From the IMG/VR virus record IMGVR_UViG_3300046542_000248, positions 1-64,000 of that record: a stretch of DNA of 64,000 nucleotides. The stretch is one strand, 5' to 3'. Under the pieces are notes generated by a model. That model was not told where the DNA came from and did not search any database. It saw only the letters and a program-made list of their open reading frames with translations. The translations under genes were made by a program, and so were the position numbers. How positions within the stretch are numbered: position 1 is the first letter of the stretch; each line of letters opens with the position of its first letter. Positions 57,801 to 64,000 of this stretch are shown here, piece after piece.

Positions 57801-58658
57801 TGCTATGCTATTGGTTTATTTGTAGCTGTAGGGTTGAGTGGTACTGGTAACAGGGTTATGACTTCTCCTGATGGTATTACTTGGACTATTAGAACAAGTT
57901 CTGTTGATAATGCCTGGAGATCAGTTGTCTATGGTAATGGTTTATTTGTAGCGATATCTAATAGTGGTTTCCCTTCTATGGTTATGACTTCTCCTGATGG
58001 TATTACTTGGACTACAAGATCTGCTTCTGCTAATAATAACTGGCTCGCAGTTTGTTTTTCTAATGGTTTATTTGTAGCCGTAGGCGCTGCAGGTACTGGT
58101 AATAGAGTTATGACTTCTCCTGATGGTATCACTTGGACTACTAGAACAAGTGCTGCTGATAATAGCTGGACTACAATTTGTTATGCTAATGGTTTATTTG
58201 TAGCTATTGCATCGGATGGTCCAGGTAATAGAGTTATGACTTCTCCAGATGGTATCACTTGGACTATTAGATCAAGTGTCGCCGATAACGGCTGGGATTC
58301 AGTTTGTTATGGTAATGGATTATTTGTAGCTGTCGCACAATCGGGTACAGGTAACCGTGTTATGACAATGTATCGTTCAGATGAAGCAACTGATCAGATC
58401 TTACAAACTGTAACTAAACTTGCAACTAATTACAATACGGTTAGAAGTAGTAAAGATTCTAATGGAATATTTACTACTATTACAGTAAAAAGACCTGATA
58501 ACACCGTGTATCAAACATCTGTACTTTCTGGTGGAACAAGTCCAACTTATACTACTAGAACCATTACAACGTATGATACAAATGGTACTACAGTTTTAAG
58601 TACTAAATCATATGCATTAACTTACGACTCTGATGGAGATCTGGTAAGTGAGCTTTAA
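54867..58658 (+). CDS. Tail fibre/receptor-binding protein with three 7-bladed beta-propellers and a C-terminal adaptor-like domain
   Basis: N-terminal fibre repeats with two REDHxHP-type motifs; 21 blades in 3 groups of 7; C-terminal KDSNGIFTT...SVLSGGTSP.YTTRT...YDSDGDLVSE. Confidence 0.85.
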   Translation: MGEWHGGSTLGGYPLVVKAGTDNYLPRFSGRLLVNSSITDDGTTATLGNANITGTVSFSGPVTFSGTTSFSSGLTATTAAVNTNTTQLATTAFVIGQAATATPLMDGTATIGVATRFAREDHIHPTDTSRAPTASPTFTGTVTIPTAAANTNTTQAASTAFVIGQASNALPVINGTITAGVSSKFSRDDHVHPVDISRAPITSPAFLGTPTAQIQPPGTNSTALANTQFVQAAITTPSVWATRTSAADNQWMTVCYGNGTFVAVANTGTGNRVMTSTDGITWTIRTTPADNGWRFVCYGNGLFVAVAETTGTGNRVMTSPDGTTWTIRTSAADNDWKAVCFGNGLFVAVAATGTGNRVMTSPDGITWTIRTSAADNSWVSVCYGAGLFVAVANTGTGNRVMTSPDGITWTIRTSAANNTWRSICYGNGIFVVISFDTPSNRVMTSTDGINWTLRSSYVDNTWISVCYGGGLFVAVGNSGTGNRVMTSTDGITWAAKASAADYAWNSVCYGNGLFVAISYDGTGNRVMTMTRSVDVVDQIQSVISSYKSDINNLAGVFDTWTARTTPIDNAWLGICYGNGLFVAIANSGTGNRVMTSPDGITWTIRTSAADNNWAKVCYGAGLFVAVATTGTGNRVMTSPDGITWTIRTSAADNNWAGICYDNGLFVAVATSGTGNRVMTSPDGITWTIRTSAADNNWSSVCYGNGLYVAIAGSGTGNRVMTSPNGITWTIRTSPADNNWYTVCFGNGLFVSVAWSGTGNRVMTSPDGITWTLRVSPADIWWMALCYGNGVFISLAQTGTGNRVMTSPDGINWTQRLTPVDNQWTAICYGNGLFVGVSLDGAGNRVMTSAGPITVATRLSNLDTIDVTSKKNLDSVTQHTWVNRTSAADNQWVSVCYAIGLFVAVAQSGTGNRVMTSPDGINWTIRTSAADNNWQAVCYGAGLFVAVASTGTGNRVMTSPDGITWTIRTSAADNSWTAVCYAIGLFVAVGLSGTGNRVMTSPDGITWTIRTSSVDNAWRSVVYGNGLFVAISNSGFPSMVMTSPDGITWTTRSASANNNWLAVCFSNGLFVAVGAAGTGNRVMTSPDGITWTTRTSAADNSWTTICYANGLFVAIASDGPGNRVMTSPDGITWTIRSSVADNGWDSVCYGNGLFVAVAQSGTGNRVMTMYRSDEATDQILQTVTKLATNYNTVRSSKDSNGIFTTITVKRPDNTVYQTSVLSGGTSPTYTTRTITTYDTNGTTVLSTKSYALTYDSDGDLVSEL
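55583..58370 (+). repeat. 21 ~126-bp blade repeats
   Basis: Unit spacing 126 nt (for example 56682 to 56808); near-identical ATGACTTCTCCTGATGGTATYACTTGGAC cores. Confidence 0.9.
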
Positions 58659-58690
58659 GAATTTTATCATAGCTATTAAACAGTAAAACA

Positions 58691-58724
58691 TAAAGATAGG
58701 GAGGACAATTTCTCCCTATCTTTA
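58691..58724 (+). terminator. Intrinsic terminator
   Basis: TAAAGATAGGGAG...CTCCCTATCTTTA 13-bp stem. Confidence 0.7.
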
Positions 58725-58777
58725 TTAGTTATATTTAAACTATATAAAATTTATAATATTAAAAAGGAGGTTTCCTT

Positions 58778-61700
58778 ATGTTAGATATATTTCAACATGG
58801 TGTAGGTCAAACAAAAAAAACATTAGCCCCAGCTAGTAAATGGGATATAAGAACGGGTGCTGTAGATAATTTCTGGAAAGGTATTTGTTATGGTAATGGT
58901 TTATTTGTGGCTGTAGCTTATGCTGGTACAAATAGAATAATGACTTCTCCTGATGGTATTACTTGGACATCACGGACAAGTACTTATGAAAATGCATGGA
59001 ATTCAATCTGTTATGGTAATGGTTTATTTGTAGCTGTAGCTTATGCTGGTCAAGTTGGAACGCTTATATTGACTTCTCCTGATGGTATTACTTGGACACA
59101 TAGAACAAACCCTAATGCTAATCAATGGTGGGCAGTCTGTTATGGTAATGGAGTATTTGTAGCTGTCGCACAAACTGGTACTGGTAATAGAGCAATGACC
59201 TCTCCTGATGGGGTTAACTGGACAGCAAGAACAACTCCCGCTGATAATCAATGGCGTGGACTTACTTATGGTAATGGTTTATTTGTAGCAGTTTCAAATG
59301 ATGGTACAGGTAATAGAGTCATGACTTCCCCTGATGGTATTACCTGGACTATTAGAACAAGTTCCTCCGATGATGGGTGGATTTCAGTCTGTTATGGTAA
59401 TGCATTATTTGTGGCCGTTTCAAATTCAAGCAAAAAAGTAATGACTTCCCCTGATGGTATTAACTGGACAACAAGAACTGGAGGCATTACCAATGGAGCT
59501 ATATTAGTCACATATGATAACGGTATATTTGTAGCGGTATCATATGATGCAGCAGGTAGCAATGTAATGACTTCTCCTGATGGTGTTACCTGGATTACAA
59601 GAACTACATCTACTACCAATACTTGGCAAGCAGTTTGTTATGGTAATGGATTATTTGTAGCTGTAGCGTCTACTGGCACAGGTAATAGAGTAATGACAAG
59701 CGGTAGCATAAATATTCCCACACTTAGTAAAAATGTTGGAACTACGTGGCAAGTACAATCAAGCGCTGCTGATAATACATGGAGATCTGTATGTTATGGT
59801 AATGGATTATTTGTAGCAGTATCTGATTCGGGTACTGCCGGATATCGTATAATGACATCTCCTGATGGTATTAACTGGACTTTAAGAGCTACTCCTGGCG
59901 ATTATGCATACTATTCAGTATGCTATGGTAATGGTATATTTGTGGCACTTGCAGTTTCTGGTGGTGTATATATGACATCATTCGATGGTATTAACTGGAC
60001 ATTAAGAACACCTCCTATTGCTCTTGCATGGAGGTGGGCTTGTTATGGTAATGGATTATTTGTAGCAGTTGCACAAGGTGGTACAAATAACCAAGTTATG
60101 ACCTCCCCAGATGGGATTACCTGGACTGTAAGAACAACTCCTGGCGCTAATCAATGGAATTCAGTTGTTTATGGCAATGGACTATTTGTAGCTGTTGCAT
60201 CGCTTGGTACGAATAATAGGGTTATGACTTCTCCTGATGGTATTACTTGGACATTAAGAACTACAGGTATTAGTGGTAGCGGTACTACTACAATAGTAAA
60301 TTCAGGTGGAGTGTTTGTACAAGTTTCATTAGCCTATGCACCTGACACATTAAACTTAACATCTGGAGCACACACTATTTCATACACATCAGCAACTCCT
60401 GACAGATATGTTATAGATGGTGTAACGAAATTATTCTCCTCTGAGGGTGGATATGTAAATTCTACAGGATTCAAACTCTGGTTAACACCTTGGGGATTAA
60501 GTGCGGGAGCATCAGTAAACTGGTCTAGCACTGCGGATAATGGATGGTTTTCAGTCTGTTACGGTGCTGGTTTATTTGTAGCTACTGCAATGACAGGTAC
60601 AGGAAATCGTATAATGACATCTCCTGATGGTATCACATGGACATCACAAATAAGTCCTGCTGATAATGATTGGTATTGTGTTTGTTATGCTAATGGATTA
60701 TTTGTATCTGTGGGTGCTACTGGTACTGGAGATAGAATTATGACCTCTAAAGATGGTATTACTTGGGTTACACGAGCAAGTATTGATAATACTTGGAGAG
60801 GTGTTTGTTTTGGTAATGGTATATTTGTAGCTGTTGGTATTGATGGGGTAGGTAATAGGGCAATGAATTCTGGCACCGTAATTGATAATACTCTTTCTGC
60901 TGAATTTGCTATAAGAAAACCTGAACTCGGATCTACATGGCAAATAAGGTCAACCCCTGTTGATAATCAATGGCTTTCAGTTTGTTATGGTGGTGGTATA
61001 TTTGTAGCTGTAGCAATTTCTGGTACTGGGAATCGTATCATGGCTTCTGCAGATGGAGTTAACTGGACAACACAAACAAGCCCTTCTGATAATATGTGGT
61101 ATTCAATCTGCTACGGTAACGGAATGTTTGTAGCTGTGGCTGCTGGTGGGTATATAATGTATTCTTCAGATGGAGTTGTCTGGGCTTCAAAACAAGTTCC
61201 ATGGAATCATGCATGGTATAGTATTTGTTATGGTAATGGGACATTTGTAGCTGTATCAGCTAATAGTGTAGGTGGTAACACCGCAGCAATGACTTCTAAA
61301 GATGCTATTAACTGGACTTTAAGATCAACCCCTGCCGATAATCAATGGTACGGTCTTGCGTATGGTAATGGATTATTTGTAGCCGTAGCAATCTCTGGTA
61401 CAGGTAATAGAGTTATGACTTCTCCTGATGGTATTACATGGACAATAAGAACAACACCCATGGATAATGCTTGGATTGCAGTTTGTTATGGTGCTGGTTT
61501 ATTTGTAGCTGTAGGTTTTGATGGCACTATAAATAACTGTGTAATGACTTCTCCTGATGGTATTACTTGGACAATAAGAACTGCCGCATCTAATAATAAA
61601 TGGGTTAGTATAGCATACGGTAGTGGATTATTTGTAGCTATTTCCTTTGATGCTACCGGTAATAAAGTTATGGTATCTTCAAATGGTATTAATTGGTCAT

Positions 61701-63646
61701 TAAAACCGAGTGCAGGAAATAATCTATGGAGAGGTATTTGTTATGGTAACGGTATATTTGTAGCTGTAGCATATACTGGAAGTACCGGTAATCTGGTAAT
61801 GACAAGCTCAGGTGGTGCTAATACTGATACTAGCCTAGCTAAATCATACTCAGATACAATAGTTAAAGCGGGTATAAAATGGTCAGCAAAAAACGCATTA
61901 CCTAGTTTTGGTGCTAATAATTTGTGCTATGGTAATGGTTTATTTGTGGCTGTAATGTACACAGGTACAGATAGAGTTGCAATTTCTCAAGATGGTGTCA
62001 ATTGGACCTCAATAAATAGCCCTCTTGGTAATAACTGGTCTGCTGTTTGTTATGGTAACGGTGTATTTGTAGCAGTTTCAAATGGTGGTGTAGGTACTAG
62101 AGCCATGTCTTCTTTTGACGGGGTTACATGGACTCAACGAACAAGTGCTGCTGATAATAACTGGGCTGCTGTTTGTTACGGTAATGGATTATTTGTAGCT
62201 GTTGCAGTTACTGGTACAGGTAACCGTGTTATGACTTCACCTGATGGTGCTACTTGGACAGCAAGAACTACACCTGCTGATAATAACTGGAGTTCAGTTT
62301 GTTACGGTGCTGGTATATTTGTAGCTGTAGCAACTACAGGTACGGGTAATAGAGTTATGTCTTCTCCTGATGGAATTACTTGGACACTAAGAACAAGTGT
62401 TGCTGATAATAGTTGGTATGATGTTTGTTATGGTAACGGTATATTTGTAGCTGTAGCATATAACGGCACCACAGCTAATCAAATTATGACTTCTCCTGAT
62501 GGTATTACGTGGACAGCAAGAACTAGCCCATCAGCCAATGGATGGTATCTAACATGTTTTGGTAATGGTGTATTTGTATCTATTGGGGATACAGGCACTA
62601 GTAAAATTATGATTTCTGTAGATGGAGTTAACTGGACCTTAAGAACTGGAACAATTACTGGTAGTTCTTGGATGGGCTTCGTCTATGGCAATGGTATATA
62701 TTTAGTAGTCTCAGATAGTAATGGTAAATCAATGGTATCAAATGATGGTATAAAATGGTCGGCACCATATTTTACTGTAGATAATAACTGGAGTTCAGTA
62801 TGCTACGGTAATGGATTATTTGTAGCTGTTGGTACATCAGGAACTGGAAATCGCGTTATGACGTCACCTGATGGTCTTACTTGGACTACTAGAACAAGCG
62901 CTGCTGATAATAGCTGGACTGCTGTTTGTTATGGTAATGGATTATTTGTAGCGGTGGCGCTTAGTGGTACTGCATCGACTAGAGTTATGACCTCGCCTGA
63001 TGGTATTACTTGGACAACTAGATCAGCCACTACTACCAATTTTTGGAGATCTGTTTGTTATGGTAATGGATTATTTGTAGCCATCGCATCTACCGGTTCA
63101 CCTTCTCAAATTATGACTTCTCCTGATGGTATTACTTGGACCGCAAGAACTACTCCTCTTGATAACAGTTGGCAGTCAGTTTGTTATGGTGCTGGATTAT
63201 TTGTGGCTGTAGGACCCCTCACTGCATCAGTGGATGGAGTTATGACTTCTCCTGATGGAATTACTTGGACTGTTAGGTTAGGAGCTTCTCTTAATTACTG
63301 GTGTTCAGTTTGTTATGGTAATGGTTTATATGTAGCAGTTTCAAACGCTACTGGTACAGGTAATCGTGTAATGACTTCTTCTGATGGTCTTACTTGGACA
63401 TCAAGAACAACTCCTGCTGATAATGGATGGAATTCAGTATGCTACGGTAATGGATTATTTGTAGCTACTGCAATGTCAGGCACTGGTAATAGAGTAATGA
63501 CATCACCTGATGGTATCACTTGGACTTTACGAGCAACCAATGTTGATAATCAATGGGGTTCGGTATGTTATGGTATTGGCACATTTGTATCTGTATCAGT
63601 CGATGGTACAGGTAACAGAGCCATGACTTCATCTCTACAATATTAA
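58778..63646 (+). CDS. Receptor-binding-type protein with five 7-bladed beta-propellers
   Basis: 35 blades in 5 groups of 7; short N-terminal MLDIFQHGVG peptide; AAGGAGG SD. Confidence 0.85.
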   Translation: MLDIFQHGVGQTKKTLAPASKWDIRTGAVDNFWKGICYGNGLFVAVAYAGTNRIMTSPDGITWTSRTSTYENAWNSICYGNGLFVAVAYAGQVGTLILTSPDGITWTHRTNPNANQWWAVCYGNGVFVAVAQTGTGNRAMTSPDGVNWTARTTPADNQWRGLTYGNGLFVAVSNDGTGNRVMTSPDGITWTIRTSSSDDGWISVCYGNALFVAVSNSSKKVMTSPDGINWTTRTGGITNGAILVTYDNGIFVAVSYDAAGSNVMTSPDGVTWITRTTSTTNTWQAVCYGNGLFVAVASTGTGNRVMTSGSINIPTLSKNVGTTWQVQSSAADNTWRSVCYGNGLFVAVSDSGTAGYRIMTSPDGINWTLRATPGDYAYYSVCYGNGIFVALAVSGGVYMTSFDGINWTLRTPPIALAWRWACYGNGLFVAVAQGGTNNQVMTSPDGITWTVRTTPGANQWNSVVYGNGLFVAVASLGTNNRVMTSPDGITWTLRTTGISGSGTTTIVNSGGVFVQVSLAYAPDTLNLTSGAHTISYTSATPDRYVIDGVTKLFSSEGGYVNSTGFKLWLTPWGLSAGASVNWSSTADNGWFSVCYGAGLFVATAMTGTGNRIMTSPDGITWTSQISPADNDWYCVCYANGLFVSVGATGTGDRIMTSKDGITWVTRASIDNTWRGVCFGNGIFVAVGIDGVGNRAMNSGTVIDNTLSAEFAIRKPELGSTWQIRSTPVDNQWLSVCYGGGIFVAVAISGTGNRIMASADGVNWTTQTSPSDNMWYSICYGNGMFVAVAAGGYIMYSSDGVVWASKQVPWNHAWYSICYGNGTFVAVSANSVGGNTAAMTSKDAINWTLRSTPADNQWYGLAYGNGLFVAVAISGTGNRVMTSPDGITWTIRTTPMDNAWIAVCYGAGLFVAVGFDGTINNCVMTSPDGITWTIRTAASNNKWVSIAYGSGLFVAISFDATGNKVMVSSNGINWSLKPSAGNNLWRGICYGNGIFVAVAYTGSTGNLVMTSSGGANTDTSLAKSYSDTIVKAGIKWSAKNALPSFGANNLCYGNGLFVAVMYTGTDRVAISQDGVNWTSINSPLGNNWSAVCYGNGVFVAVSNGGVGTRAMSSFDGVTWTQRTSAADNNWAAVCYGNGLFVAVAVTGTGNRVMTSPDGATWTARTTPADNNWSSVCYGAGIFVAVATTGTGNRVMSSPDGITWTLRTSVADNSWYDVCYGNGIFVAVAYNGTTANQIMTSPDGITWTARTSPSANGWYLTCFGNGVFVSIGDTGTSKIMISVDGVNWTLRTGTITGSSWMGFVYGNGIYLVVSDSNGKSMVSNDGIKWSAPYFTVDNNWSSVCYGNGLFVAVGTSGTGNRVMTSPDGLTWTTRTSAADNSWTAVCYGNGLFVAVALSGTASTRVMTSPDGITWTTRSATTTNFWRSVCYGNGLFVAIASTGSPSQIMTSPDGITWTARTTPLDNSWQSVCYGAGLFVAVGPLTASVDGVMTSPDGITWTVRLGASLNYWCSVCYGNGLYVAVSNATGTGNRVMTSSDGLTWTSRTTPADNGWNSVCYGNGLFVATAMSGTGNRVMTSPDGITWTLRATNVDNQWGSVCYGIGTFVSVSVDGTGNRAMTSSLQY
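58841..63630 (+). repeat. 35 ~126-bp blade repeats
   Basis: Counted from the translation; linkers of about 20-30 aa after every 7th blade. Confidence 0.88.
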
Positions 63647-63684
63647 AGATAGGAATTGTTAATATTTTCATGGCTAAACAATAA

Positions 63685-63719
63685 AAATAAGGAATGTGTT
63701 CTTTACACATTCCTTATTT
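63685..63719 (+). terminator. Intrinsic terminator
   Basis: AAATAAGGAATGTGT...ACACATTCCTTATTT 15-bp perfect stem. Confidence 0.75.
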
Positions 63720-63760
63720 AATAAATTTATTAATTAAATTTATAATAGATGGGAGAGAAT

Positions 63761-64000
63761 ATGAACATGATAGAATCATATGTACATGGATTAGGAAGTA
63801 AAAGTAGTACTAGTAGTGATCCAGGTGTTAAATGGACTCCAAGAGTAACTCCTGCCGATAATGATTGGAGAGGCATCTGTTATGGTGCTGGTTTGTTTGT
63901 AGCTGTAGGGGCTTCAGGTACGGGTAATAGAGTAATGACTTCCCCTGATGGTATTAACTGGACTGCAAGAACAACTCCTATTGATAATAACTGGTTTGCG
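63761..64000 (+). CDS. Further beta-propeller repeat protein (5' partial, runs off the window)
   Basis: GGGAG SD; MNMIESYVHGLGSKSSTSSDPGVKWTPRVTPADNDWRGICYGAGLFVAV...TSPDGINW. Confidence 0.8.
   Translation, partial: MNMIESYVHGLGSKSSTSSDPGVKWTPRVTPADNDWRGICYGAGLFVAVGASGTGNRVMTSPDGINWTARTTPIDNNWFA

Noticed and set aside
55583-63630. 126-bp repeat arrays as a CRISPR array
   Set aside because: The repeats are in-frame protein-coding blades in long ORFs, have no unique spacers of constant length, and no cas genes are present.
233-63710. Numerous antisense and out-of-frame ORFs in the track (for example 336-680, 9163-9603, 16237-16713, 48985-49482, 54445-54753)
   Set aside because: They are shadows of longer, SD-supported genes, have no SD and use atypical amino-acid composition; those in the tail region mirror the repeats.
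49633-64000. Diversity-generating retroelement (AAC-rich variable codons in blades)
   Set aside because: No reverse transcriptase, no non-coding template repeat, and variation is not limited to adenines. An RT outside the window cannot be excluded.
1-64000. tRNA, rRNA or stop-codon reassignment
   Set aside because: No cloverleaf or rRNA-like sequence was recognised in the short intergenic gaps, and known genes (nrdE, nrdF, dut, RNAP) are full length under the standard code.

Overview
The window is an AT-rich, densely coding segment of a jumbo myophage genome related to AR9/PBS1/phiKZ-type phages. The class Ib nrdIEF operon, strong GGAGG Shine-Dalgarno sites and YdbC-like gene point to a Bacillota host (Bacillus/Paenibacillus-like; inference). 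It encodes two different split RNA polymerase beta' N-terminal subunits (1803-3320 with a Zn ribbon, likely non-virion; 9619-11199, likely virion). Two promoter classes recur: an AAWTATATATTATT 14-mer before small early-type genes and AACA-N6-TA before structural genes. Other content includes baseplate/tail assembly genes (gp25-like; gp26/gp51-like pair with a probable -1 frameshift) and a cluster of putative head-packaged proteins carrying [I/L]-x-E|[S/A] processing motifs that flank a Zn peptidase, a PD-(D/E)xK nuclease and an Arr-like ADP-ribosyltransferase domain. Also present are an HNH endonuclease, DEDD exonuclease, FEN-like protein, macrodomain, dUTPase and a degenerate dUTPase paralog. 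The last 22 kb is a tail fibre/receptor-binding region with LamG domains, HxH fibre repeats and 63 near-identical 42-aa Cys-containing blades that form exactly nine 7-bladed beta-propellers with hypervariable positions; a further propeller gene runs off the window end. No tRNA, rRNA, CRISPR array, intron or reverse transcriptase was recognised. All family assignments come from motif recognition by eye, not database searches.
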